From: Thermosulfurimonas dismutans
Lineage (GTDB): Bacteria; Desulfobacterota; Thermodesulfobacteria; Thermodesulfobacteriales; Thermodesulfobacteriaceae
DNA length: 32,000 nt
Assembly: GCF_001652585.1 (NCBI RefSeq)
Contig: NZ_LWLG01000001.1
Location: forward strand, 1-32,000
Direction: 5' to 3'
Part shown: positions 18,195-26,962 of the stretch, piece after piece
Position numbering within the stretch: the first letter of the stretch is position 1
How the letters are laid out: each line of letters begins with the position of its first letter
Notes under the pieces: model-generated
The model's input: the letters and a program-made list of their open reading frames with translations, nothing else
What the model was told of the DNA's origin: nothing
The model's database searches: none
Program-made: the position numbers and the translations under genes

Positions 18195-19267
18195 AACTTC
18201 TCCAATACTTCCATAATCTTTTCAACCGGAGGATTCTCGTAAAAGGCGAACTCCCCAATCCGTTTGAGGAGCACCATTGTCAGGCGACCGTGCCAGACCT
18301 TTTTGTCGGAAGCAAGAAACCGAAGGAGCTTTTCGGCAGAGACCTCCTTCGGAAAACGCACCGGAAGACCAAGCCTTTCAAGCAAAGCCTCTATTCTTTC
18401 GGCTACCGGTTCTTCGGCCACGCCTAGGGCCTCGGAGAGTCTGGCCGCGGCCACCATGCCCACGGAAACGGCCTCTCCGTGCAGAATCTCATAGTCCAGC
18501 GCCGCCTCCAGGGCGTGCCCCAGGGTATGTCCAAAATTGAGCACCCGACGCAGACCCGCTTCCCGCTCGTCCTGTGAGACCACCTCGGCCTTGATACGGC
18601 AACTCTCACAAATGATATGTTCCAGGGTGTCGGGATCGTAAAGGAAAAGGAGCTGGCTTCGGTTTTCCAAAAACTCAAAGAGCCTGCGATCCCAGATACA
18701 GCCGTATTTAACCACCTCGGCCAGACCGTTTCGGAACTGTTCCCAGGGCAAACTGGCAAGAACGCCGTAATCAATATAAACCCGTTTGGGCTGGTAAAAG
18801 GTCCCGAGAAGGTTCTTCCCCTCAGGAAGATCCACCCCGGTCTTTCCGCCCACGGAACTGTCTACCTGGGCAAGGAGAGTGGTGGGCACCTGGATATAGG
18901 GCACCCCTCGCATGTAAATGGAAGCCAAGAACCCGGCCATATCCCCCACCACACCGCCACCCACCCCAAGCACCACACACTTACGGTCAAAACCGGCCCT
19001 TACCATGGAACGTGCAAGCTCCACCACCGTTTCCATCCGCTTGGAGGCCTCCCCGGCCGGAAAAGAGAAGACTTTCGTCTCGAAACCGGCTTCCTCTAAA
19101 ATCCGGGCCAGGTCCTCGGTTATAAGTTCTTTTACGGTCTCATCCGTGATAAGGGCGAGTTTCCTAGTATTTATAACCCTAGGGAGATCTTCTGGGAGTT
19201 CGGTGAGAAGACCGCCTTCGATAAGGATCTCATAGGGCTCCGCGGTTTCAACCCGGAGAGTTTTCAT
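18191..19267 (-). CDS. aroB: 3-dehydroquinate synthase
   Basis: 358 aa with GVGGGVVGDMAGFLASIYMRGV, VDSSVGGKTGV and FGHTLGHALE. Confidence 0.93.
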   Translation of the reverse strand: MKTLRVETAEPYEILIEGGLLTELPEDLPRVINTRKLALITDETVKELITEDLARILEEAGFETKVFSFPAGEASKRMETVVELARSMVRAGFDRKCVVLGVGGGVVGDMAGFLASIYMRGVPYIQVPTTLLAQVDSSVGGKTGVDLPEGKNLLGTFYQPKRVYIDYGVLASLPWEQFRNGLAEVVKYGCIWDRRLFEFLENRSQLLFLYDPDTLEHIICESCRIKAEVVSQDEREAGLRRVLNFGHTLGHALEAALDYEILHGEAVSVGMVAAARLSEALGVAEEPVAERIEALLERLGLPVRFPKEVSAEKLLRFLASDKKVWHGRLTMVLLKRIGEFAFYENPPVEKIMEVLEKL

Positions 19268-20079
19268 CTTCTTTCAGCCGCCGAAACCAGGTTCTGCAGG
19301 AAGTTTTTTATGGTCCGTGGGGACTTCCGGCCCTCCTTCTCAACTATCTTTACCAGGGCGCTACCCACCACGATGGCCTCCGCGTGCGGGGCCAGCATCC
19401 GCACCTGTTCCGGTTTAGCGATCCCAAAGCCCACTGCCACCGGTACCGGCGAAACTTCTCTTGCCAGATCTAGCCTCAGGACCAGGTCCTCGGGAAGGCG
19501 ATCCCGCGCTCCAGTGATCCCGGCTACCGAAACATAATAAAGAAACCCGGTTGAAGCCTCAGCAATCCTCCGAAGTCTCTCAGGAGGAGTGGTGGGTGCT
19601 GCGAGCATTATGCTGGCAAGGCCCCGTCTTTTGCTCTCCCTGAGCCAAGGACGGGCCTCCTCAAGCGGAAGATCCGGAATAATAGCCCCACAAAGTCCGG
19701 CAGCTTGGGCTTCCTCAACAAATCTTTTAAGGCCGTAACGGTAAAAGGGATTGTAATAGCCCATAATCACAATGGGCAGGGGGTAACCCTCATCGTAGAG
19801 GCTGGCCACAAATTCAAGATAGGCCTCAAGACTCGGCTGGTGGCGAAGAGCCCGTTGGGTGGCGGCCTGGATGGTAGGCCCATCGGCCAGAGGATCGGAA
19901 AAGGGAAAACCGAGTTCTACCACGCTAGCCCCAGCCTCGGCCAACGCCCACAAAAGGCCTCGGGTGGTTTCAATATCCGGATCCCAGGCACAGATATAGG
20001 GTATCAGAGCCGCCCGCCCCTCTTGGTTGGCCGTCTCAATGGCTTTCCTTACCTTTTGCGCCCCGGAAGTCTTATTCAT
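19264..20079 (-). CDS. trpA: Tryptophan synthase alpha chain
   Basis: 271 aa with [17 protein letters not shown] and [10 protein letters not shown]...[11 protein letters not shown] overlap with trpB. Confidence 0.93.
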   Translation of the reverse strand: MNKTSGAQKVRKAIETANQEGRAALIPYICAWDPDIETTRGLLWALAEAGASVVELGFPFSDPLADGPTIQAATQRALRHQPSLEAYLEFVASLYDEGYPLPIVIMGYYNPFYRYGLKRFVEEAQAAGLCGAIIPDLPLEEARPWLRESKRRGLASIMLAAPTTPPERLRRIAEASTGFLYYVSVAGITGARDRLPEDLVLRLDLAREVSPVPVAVGFGIAKPEQVRMLAPHAEAIVVGSALVKIVEKEGRKSPRTIKNFLQNLVSAAERR

Positions 20080-21308
20080 TTCTCGGATCGGCTATCGAGA
20101 TATTCCTTGACCGCGGCCACGTCCTTGTCCCCACGGCCGGAAAGGTTCACTACTACGATACTCCCTTTTGGAAGCCTATCAGCGATTTTCACAATATAGG
20201 CCACGGCATGAGCGCTCTCGAGGGCCGGGATGATGCCCTCGGTCTCCGAAAGGAGCCGGAAGGCTGAAAGGGCTTCCTCATCATCCACCGCTACATAATC
20301 CGCACGGCCAACCTCCTTGAGGAAGGCGTGCTCCGGCCCCACCCCAGGATAATCCAAGCCCGGGGCTATGGAATGCGCCCCCTTGATTTGGCCCACCTTA
20401 TCCTGAAGGAGATAGGTCATCATGCCGTGAAGCACTCCGGGCTCTCCCACCGAGAGAGTGGCAGAATGTTTATCCGAATCAAGACCCTCTCCTGCGGCCT
20501 CCACACCCACCAGTTTCACTACTTGATCCCGCACAAAGGGATAAAACATACCCATGGCGTTAGAGCCCCCGCCCACACAGGCAATCACCATGTCGGGTAG
20601 CCGTCCTTCAAGTTTGAGGATCTGGCGCCGCGTCTCCCGTCCGATGACGCTTTGAAAATCCCGGACCATCATGGGGTAAGGATGCGGACCCACCACGGAA
20701 CCGATGACGTAAAAAGTGGTCTCCACGTTGGTTACCCAGTCCCGGATGGCCTCGTTGATGGCATCCTTGAGGGTCTGGGTTCCGGAATACACCGGAACCA
20801 CTTTGGCTCCTAAAAGTTCCATACGGAAGACGTTCATGGCCTGGCGCACGGTGTCCTTAGCCCCCATATAAACCACACACTCCAATCCTAAGAGGGCTGC
20901 GGCCGTGGCCGTGGCCACCCCGTGCTGACCGGCACCGGTCTCGGCGATAATACGGCGTTTGCCCATGCGTTTGGCGAGGAGTACCTGCCCTAAAGTGTTG
21001 TTTATCTTGTGGGCTCCGGTATGGAGGAGATCCTCGCGTTTGAGATAAATCTTGAGATGCCCGCCCAGGGCCTCAGAAAGTCTCTTAGCAGGATAAAGTG
21101 GCGTAGGCCGTCCGGCGTATTCCCGGAGATACCAGTTGAGCTCCTTACGGAAGGCAGAATCCCTCTTCAACCTGCGATAGGCCTCCTCAAGCTCGTGGAG
21201 AGCCGGCATGAGGGTCTCGGGGACGAAACGTCCACCGAAAGGCCCAAAATGTCCGCTGCGGTTCGGTAGCATGAGAAAACTTCTACCTTCTTTCTCGGGT
21301 TTTGGCAA
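20076..21308 (-). CDS. trpB: Tryptophan synthase beta chain
   Basis: 410 aa with [24 protein letters not shown] (PLP lysine) and GGGSNAMG. The TTG start at 21308 has a weak SD; ATG 21272 is an alternative. Confidence 0.94.
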   Translation of the reverse strand: MPKPEKEGRSFLMLPNRSGHFGPFGGRFVPETLMPALHELEEAYRRLKRDSAFRKELNWYLREYAGRPTPLYPAKRLSEALGGHLKIYLKREDLLHTGAHKINNTLGQVLLAKRMGKRRIIAETGAGQHGVATATAAALLGLECVVYMGAKDTVRQAMNVFRMELLGAKVVPVYSGTQTLKDAINEAIRDWVTNVETTFYVIGSVVGPHPYPMMVRDFQSVIGRETRRQILKLEGRLPDMVIACVGGGSNAMGMFYPFVRDQVVKLVGVEAAGEGLDSDKHSATLSVGEPGVLHGMMTYLLQDKVGQIKGAHSIAPGLDYPGVGPEHAFLKEVGRADYVAVDDEEALSAFRLLSETEGIIPALESAHAVAYIVKIADRLPKGSIVVVNLSGRGDKDVAAVKEYLDSRSEK

Positions 21309-21314
21309 CCTGAA

Positions 21315-21989
21315 TCACGCTAGAAGAACAGCCACTATCCCGGTAAGAAAGATGCCATCAAAGGTACCAGCGCCTCCGATGGAAACTACCGGGGCCCTTA
21401 TCTTAGTGATGTCTTTCAAATGCAGCAAATCCGCCCCTATAAGGGTTCCCAGCGTTCCGGAAATATAGGCTACCGCCGGTGATTTTTCAGGTGCGAAAAG
21501 AAGGGCAAAAAAAGCGGCTACCAGTGGTGGAATGAGAAGTGGAATGGCTATCCCTACCCCCGGCACCGGACGGGCTAGGCGATAACACACAAAGGCCACC
21601 AGCCCTATTCCGAAGATCGGTGTAACCAAGAAACCTTGCTTAAACCAAAGATATAGTGAGATGAGGACCGGAAGGAGTCCACCACCAAGGTTCAAGGCCA
21701 CTACGGTATAAGAGGCCCCTGCCAAGGGAGGCACCCGGTAGGGAATACCAAAAAATCTCACAATCTCTTCTTCCAGGGGATGCACCTGCCGACGGATGCG
21801 GGCCAAAGGTATATTGATATGACTGCCGATAAGAGAGGCCAGCAAGAACAAAAAGATCTGGTTTGGGGTAAGCCCAATCTTTCCAGCCGCTATAGTGATA
21901 AGTCCAATGTGGACAAGAAGAAAAATTAAAAAGAGCAACACCAATAAGGCCAAAACAAAAAGAAAGGTAAAGGGGCTGAAAAACAACAT
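21315..21989 (-). CDS. Polytopic membrane protein, DUF1614-like
   Basis: About 224 aa with at least 5 TM segments. The HINIPL and SIGGAGTFDGIFLTGI blocks match my memory of DUF1614 (unverified). GGAGGAG SD lies 5 nt before ATG 21989, giving a TGATG overlap with the upstream stop. The ORF track opens at TTG 21992. Confidence 0.6.
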   Translation of the reverse strand: MLFFSPFTFLFVLALLVLLFLIFLLVHIGLITIAAGKIGLTPNQIFLFLLASLIGSHINIPLARIRRQVHPLEEEIVRFFGIPYRVPPLAGASYTVVALNLGGGLLPVLISLYLWFKQGFLVTPIFGIGLVAFVCYRLARPVPGVGIAIPLLIPPLVAAFFALLFAPEKSPAVAYISGTLGTLIGADLLHLKDITKIRAPVVSIGGAGTFDGIFLTGIVAVLLA

Positions 21990-22309
21990 CAAAGCTCCTC
22001 CACTTCAAAGCCCTCTTCAGAAAGGTTCCGGAGCCACAGCTGTCCATCGGTCACCCTTTCAAAGAGATCCGGGGGCCGGTTCTCCGGAATTCCGAATGCC
22101 TTGAGCGATTTTCGACAAATGTAAGCCCTTCCTCCATCCAGCACGAACTGATGAAAATAGGGAAATAGAGTTGGTTCGCATCGGAGACAACGGGTAACCC
22201 CGGCCCCTTTTACGAGAAGCTTGTAAGAAGACTTGTCTTTAGGGAGAACCTGGACGATCTCTCTGAAACTCTCCCAGGACTCGGGTCGGGAAAGGACAAA
22301 GATCTTCAC
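21989..22309 (-). CDS. Small Cys-containing protein, DsrE/DsrF/TusD-like fold suspected
   Basis: 106 aa. MKIFVLS opening strand, LLVKGAGV, and [12 protein letters not shown] resembling the DsrE-family 'ICxxxxxxRG' active-site Cys context. It also has a CxxC (C41/C44). The GTG start overlaps the proS stop (GTGA), with GAGGGA SD. The family call is tentative. Confidence 0.5.
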   Translation of the reverse strand: MKIFVLSRPESWESFREIVQVLPKDKSSYKLLVKGAGVTRCLRCEPTLFPYFHQFVLDGGRAYICRKSLKAFGIPENRPPDLFERVTDGQLWLRNLSEEGFEVEEL

Positions 22310-24000
22310 TTTTGATCCCTCATCCGGGAAACCACCTCCTCAGGCGCAAGTTCTTCCCGCTGACCGGTAGCCCTCTCCTTGAGCTCCACCTTCCCGGTCT
22401 CAAGAAACTTCTTACCCACAATCACTTGGTAAGGGATACCGATAAGATCGGCGTCCTTGAACTTGACTCCGGGCCTCTCGTCCCGGTCATCCCATAGGGT
22501 ATCCACCCCCTCCGCCGAAAGTCTACGGTAAATGTTCTCCGAAGTCTCCATGAGCTGGGACTCGGGCCCCAGAGTAAGGACGATGGCCTTAAAAGGGGCA
22601 ATCTCTTCAGGGAAGATGATCCCGTTCTGGTCGTGGTTCTGCTCGATGGCCGCGGCCACCGTCCGACCGACCCCGATTCCGTAGCAGCCCATCACAAAGG
22701 GACGTTCCTTCCCCTCTCGGTCCAGAAAGGTGGCCCGCATGGCGGCACTGTATTTGGTCCCGAGCTTAAAGATATGGCCGACCTCAATGCCCCGGGTAAG
22801 GGTAAGGGGCCGTCCGCAGCGGGGACAGGGGTCCCCTTCGACCACTTCCCTCAAATCGTAAAACTCTGGTTCGGGGAAATCCCGACCGTAGTTGACATTG
22901 ACATAATGGGCGTCGGCCTCGTTGGCCCCGGTGACAAAGTTCTTAAGCCCGCGCACAGAAAAATCCGCGAGCAGCCTTCTCACTTTAAGGCCCACCGGCC
23001 CGGCAAAACCCACCGGGGCTCCGGAGACCCGCTCCACCGTCTCCGCATCCGCCATTTCAAGGCTATCCACTCCAAGCAGATTTTTGAGCTTGACCTCGTT
23101 CAGCTCGTAGTCTCCCCGAATAAGAACCGCCACCACTTCCCCGTCGGCCACGTAAAGGAGCGTCTTCACCAGCCTTGCGGGGGAAACCCCAAGAAACTCA
23201 GCAACCTCTTCCACCGTGCGCACGGCGGGGGTAGAGACTTTTTCTAGAGGCCTTTCCGGCTCCTCCTCATACCGGTAGGCGGTTTTGACTTCGGCGAGCT
23301 CTACATTGGCCGCGTATCCACAGGCCTCACAGATGGCCAGCGTATCCTCCCCGGTCTCGGCGAGTACCATAAACTCGTGAGATTCGTTTCCGCCGATAGC
23401 ACCGGTATCGGCCAGTACGGCCCGAAACCGAAGCCCACAACGGGAAAAGATACGATTGTAGGCCTCATACACCCTTTCGTAGGTGCGATTCAAGCCTTTC
23501 TCGTCAGCGTCAAAACTGTAGGCGTCCTTCATGATGAACTCTCGGGCCCGCATGATCCCAAAACGAGGCCGAATCTCGTCCCGAAACTTGGTAGCGATCT
23601 GGTAAAGGATCAAGGGGAGATCCCGATAGGAACGGACCTCCTTTCGCACGAGATCTGTGATAACCTCCTCGTGGGTAGGCCCTAGGCAGAAGTCGTGCTC
23701 CTTGCGGTCTTTGAAGCGCAAGAGTTCCTTACCATATTTCTCCCAACGCTCGGTCTCCTGCCAGAGCTCCGCCGGCTGAACCAGAGGCAGGAGCACTTCC
23801 TGAGCCCCAATCCGGTTCATCTCCTCCCGTACGATCCTTTCAACCTTGCGGAGGGCTCTAAGGCCAAAGGGAAGATAGGTATAGATCCCAGAGGCCAGCT
23901 TTCGGATCATGCCCGCCCGCAGCATAAGCTTGTGGCTTACCACCTCGGCCTCAGCCGGCTCTTGCCTCAGGGTGGGCAAAAAATATTGCGAAAGTCGCAT
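22306..24000 (-). CDS. proS: Proline--tRNA ligase (bacterial type with INS editing domain)
   Basis: 564 aa with the [13 protein letters not shown]-terminus, class II motifs ([34 protein letters not shown]) and a C-terminal anticodon-binding domain. Confidence 0.96.
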   Translation of the reverse strand: MRLSQYFLPTLRQEPAEAEVVSHKLMLRAGMIRKLASGIYTYLPFGLRALRKVERIVREEMNRIGAQEVLLPLVQPAELWQETERWEKYGKELLRFKDRKEHDFCLGPTHEEVITDLVRKEVRSYRDLPLILYQIATKFRDEIRPRFGIMRAREFIMKDAYSFDADEKGLNRTYERVYEAYNRIFSRCGLRFRAVLADTGAIGGNESHEFMVLAETGEDTLAICEACGYAANVELAEVKTAYRYEEEPERPLEKVSTPAVRTVEEVAEFLGVSPARLVKTLLYVADGEVVAVLIRGDYELNEVKLKNLLGVDSLEMADAETVERVSGAPVGFAGPVGLKVRRLLADFSVRGLKNFVTGANEADAHYVNVNYGRDFPEPEFYDLREVVEGDPCPRCGRPLTLTRGIEVGHIFKLGTKYSAAMRATFLDREGKERPFVMGCYGIGVGRTVAAAIEQNHDQNGIIFPEEIAPFKAIVLTLGPESQLMETSENIYRRLSAEGVDTLWDDRDERPGVKFKDADLIGIPYQVIVGKKFLETGKVELKERATGQREELAPEEVVSRMRDQK

Positions 24001-24063
24001 ATTACGCCTCCTTGATCTCCAAGTTAAACTAACTCCTAACCCGGAGAGGAGGGCTTGACAAGT

Positions 24064-25080
24064 ATGATTAGGCTCGGAATCACCATGGGTTGTCCGGCAG
24101 GTATCGGGCCAGATGTCATCGTGAAGGCCGCCAAAGAACTGCGGGAATTAAGTTCGCCCGTAATTGTCTTGGGAGATCCGCAAGTACTTTATGAGAGGGC
24201 TAAAAAGATGGGTCTATCCTTTCCATTTCGCAAAGTTTCTTCTCCTTTAGAGGCCCGTGCCGGAGAAATCAGTATCCTCCCACTTTCTAATCTAGACATA
24301 GAGCCCGGAAGACCTTCTTTGGATGGTTTCCGGGCCATGGTACGTTACATCAAAGAAGGCGTAAGTCTCTGTCTTGAAGGCCAACTTTCTGGACTCGTGA
24401 CCGCACCCATCTCTAAAGAGGGCCTTCAGGCCGTTGGCGAACCCTATCCCGGACATACAGAAATGCTAGCCGAACTTACCCGAACCCGAGAGTACGCCAT
24501 GGCCTTTTACGGCGAGAGACTCGCCGTAGCCTTGGTTACCATCCACCTTTCTTTAAAAGCGGCCTTGACTAGTCTTTCCATCGAAAAGATTCTGCGGGTG
24601 ACCCGTCTAGCTTACCATTTCCTCAAGAAAGATCTAGGTCTGGAAGAACCGAGATTGGCCCTTTCGGCTTTAAATCCTCATGCCGGGGAGGGCGGACTCT
24701 TCGGGAACGAGGAAAAGGAGATCCTTGAACCGGCGGTAGAAAGAGCTCGTAAGGAAGGCCTTCCGCTCTCCGGGCCCTATCCCGCGGACAGCCTCTTTTT
24801 CAGGGCCGCAACTGGAGAGTTCGATATGGTTATCGCCCTTTATCACGATCAAGGTCTCATTCCCTTCAAATTGCTTCACTTCCAGGACGGAGTAAACCTC
24901 ACCCTAGGACTTCCCATTATTCGGACCTCCGTTGATCACGGCACAGCCTATGATATCGCGGGTACCGGAAAGGCCAGCCCCCAGAGCCTTATAGCGGCGG
25001 TCCGGCTTGCTTACCGGATGGCCAAGCACAGGCACTTACGGTCTCAAGCTCCAAGCGATCCGGAGCCCCCATACAAATAG
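24064..25080 (+). CDS. pdxA: 4-hydroxythreonine-4-phosphate dehydrogenase
   Basis: [30 protein letters not shown] and [17 protein letters not shown] 24064 follows GGAGAGGAGGG; the ORF track opens at TTG 24055. A non-conserved tail of about 15 aa overlaps treT. Confidence 0.92.
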   Translation: MIRLGITMGCPAGIGPDVIVKAAKELRELSSPVIVLGDPQVLYERAKKMGLSFPFRKVSSPLEARAGEISILPLSNLDIEPGRPSLDGFRAMVRYIKEGVSLCLEGQLSGLVTAPISKEGLQAVGEPYPGHTEMLAELTRTREYAMAFYGERLAVALVTIHLSLKAALTSLSIEKILRVTRLAYHFLKKDLGLEEPRLALSALNPHAGEGGLFGNEEKEILEPAVERARKEGLPLSGPYPADSLFFRAATGEFDMVIALYHDQGLIPFKLLHFQDGVNLTLGLPIIRTSVDHGTAYDIAGTGKASPQSLIAAVRLAYRMAKHRHLRSQAPSDPEPPYK

Positions 25081-26290
25081 AAAGCATAAGGGAAAGGTAA
25101 TCCCTCACATGCCGGGTAATGAGGAAGTTCTGACGCACGAATTCTCGAGCCTTGTGGCCCATCTCTCGCCGTTTTTCCTCATAAAATAGTAGATAGCGAA
25201 TTCTTAAGGCCGCTCCCTCAGGAGTATTCACCAGAAAACCTGTATGGTGGTTGACTACCTGTAGCCTGATCCCTCCAGTAGCCCCCCCAATCACCGGTTT
25301 GCCCTTCCACATGGCTTCGGTCACCGTAAGACCGAAACCCTCTCGCAAAGACTTCTGTAAGACGACATCTGCGGCTCGCTGAAGGGCGTTTATAGTTTGA
25401 TGAGCTGTAGGAGGAAGCTTAAAGACATAGATATCTTCTTTACCTTCGGCGGCTTTAAGGACCTGTTGATAAACCCTTTCTCCCTCGGGATCGTCGGCGG
25501 CTCCTCCTCCGGCCAGAACCAACTGAAAGGAAACATATTTTCGGGCCATCTCTGCGGCCTTAATCACCCCTAACGGATCCTTAAAGGGATCAAAACGAGA
25601 AATCTGAACCACCAGAGGCTTCGAGGGATCTAGTCCAAACTGCTGATAAACCTTAAAGATCTCCTCGGCTGTCAAATCCCTGTTCTTCTCGGAAAGAGGA
25701 TCAATACTAGGGGGAATGATATACTGAGGATGGGGTAGTGGTTGACTGAACTCTGGCATGGAAAAGATACTGGCATCATAGCGTACGATTACCTTTTCCA
25801 GAAAGCGCCAGACCGGATAAAAGGGTCGAGACAAATCGATATGGCAACGCCAAATCCAATAGCCTTTGCGATTAGGAAAATATTTAATGAGATAGGCTGG
25901 TTGGGGATCGTGAATGATCACAAAGTCAGCATCTCGAAGCTTCTCCTCTAATCTTTCAGCCTCTCGGCGGTTGATTTCTTCATAAAGCGCCAAGTCCTTT
26001 TCGGAAAGATCTACCCGATGTCCTTGGAGGGCATGGTGAAAGGCCTTGGTGACCTCAAAAAACTCAGGAGTTCCTTGAATAACCTCCCAGGAGGCCTCAA
26101 GCCCCAAGGCCTGCATAAGAGGAATCATACAATGCAGGATCTCAGCTACTCCTCCCCCGTAGGCCGTAGAGTTTACATGTACTACTCGGGATCCCTTAAG
26201 GCGGGCCCCGAGTTCCTTAAGCTGGGCGATGACCTCGGAACCAGCTACTTTGGCGTAACGTTCAAGAAGATCCTCGAATTTTTCGCTCAT
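24989..26290 (-). CDS. treT: Trehalose glycosyltransferring synthase TreT-like (GT4)
   Basis: Block-by-block resemblance to archaeal TreT as I recall it: HVNSTAYGGGVAEIL, FFEVTKAFHHALQG, WRCHIDLS, PPSIDPLSEKN, ISRFDPFKDP, REGFGLTVTEAMWKGKPVIG. ATG 26290 (MSEKFEDL) follows AAGGGAG; the ORF track opens at 26320. An extra C-terminal tail of about 28 aa is present. Confidence 0.87.
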   Translation of the reverse strand: MSEKFEDLLERYAKVAGSEVIAQLKELGARLKGSRVVHVNSTAYGGGVAEILHCMIPLMQALGLEASWEVIQGTPEFFEVTKAFHHALQGHRVDLSEKDLALYEEINRREAERLEEKLRDADFVIIHDPQPAYLIKYFPNRKGYWIWRCHIDLSRPFYPVWRFLEKVIVRYDASIFSMPEFSQPLPHPQYIIPPSIDPLSEKNRDLTAEEIFKVYQQFGLDPSKPLVVQISRFDPFKDPLGVIKAAEMARKYVSFQLVLAGGGAADDPEGERVYQQVLKAAEGKEDIYVFKLPPTAHQTINALQRAADVVLQKSLREGFGLTVTEAMWKGKPVIGGATGGIRLQVVNHHTGFLVNTPEGAALRIRYLLFYEEKRREMGHKAREFVRQNFLITRHVRDYLSLMLSICMGAPDRLELETVSACAWPSGKQAGPPL

Positions 26291-26945
26291 AAAACTCCCT
26301 TTTGGCTTGCATCTTGGCACAAAAAGCCCGAATATGTCGAACTAGAAAATCTCGGATTTCGTAAAGCGAGAGGAAGAAAGGATCTACACGAGCTATGAGA
26401 TCCTCAAGAGGTTTGTATTCTGAGGGAAATTTACTTATCCAATCTCTGAAGTCGTCAAGACCTTGAGGATGTCGTCTGCGGGCATCAATAAAATGAAAAA
26501 AAATGGAGCCCGGGGAAAAGGATTCTAGGGCATCCGCTATCTGATAAGGCCACTCAATCCTCAAGCCGGTATCGAAGATTACCAGCTGACTCTTCACGAA
26601 ATAAAAGGGATTGTCGGCCTTGCGCCAGCCGAGGTATTCATCCTCAAAGATCCTTTCTTGGATATAAACCAGCAAGGTTTCCCGTAAAACCTCTATATCC
26701 CGGTATTCGTTGGGGGCTATAAGGTTGAGTCTTTCTGCCAGGACCCGATCCCGAATTTCTTGGTGCACCCAGGCCGCAAAGTCATTGTGAAATTCGGGAT
26801 GATCGAAAGAAGGCCTGAGATGCCTAGACCAGAAATGATGATAGATACAGGCTGGATCAGCCTTCTTGAGTCTTTCAGCCAATTCCGCCAGGGTGTAAGC
26901 CTTTTCCCCGGTAGAGATGGAGACCAGGGCACAATCTTTAACCAC
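26262..26945 (-). CDS. Hypothetical protein, two-repeat architecture, trehalose-operon associated
   Basis: 227 aa with a GTG start 18 nt after the TPSP stop. The 3' end overlaps the treT start by 29 nt. The two halves share a motif set at equal spacing (TG-x20-I[YF][HF]HF ... [ND]DFxxW[VI] ... P). It may correspond to a DUF (I recall DUF5752 near trehalose genes, unverified). Confidence 0.68.
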   Translation of the reverse strand: MVKDCALVSISTGEKAYTLAELAERLKKADPACIYHHFWSRHLRPSFDHPEFHNDFAAWVHQEIRDRVLAERLNLIAPNEYRDIEVLRETLLVYIQERIFEDEYLGWRKADNPFYFVKSQLVIFDTGLRIEWPYQIADALESFSPGSIFFHFIDARRRHPQGLDDFRDWISKFPSEYKPLEDLIARVDPFFLSLYEIRDFLVRHIRAFCAKMQAKREFYERKIRGSS

Positions 26946-26962
26946 AAAAGGGTCGGGAAGGC

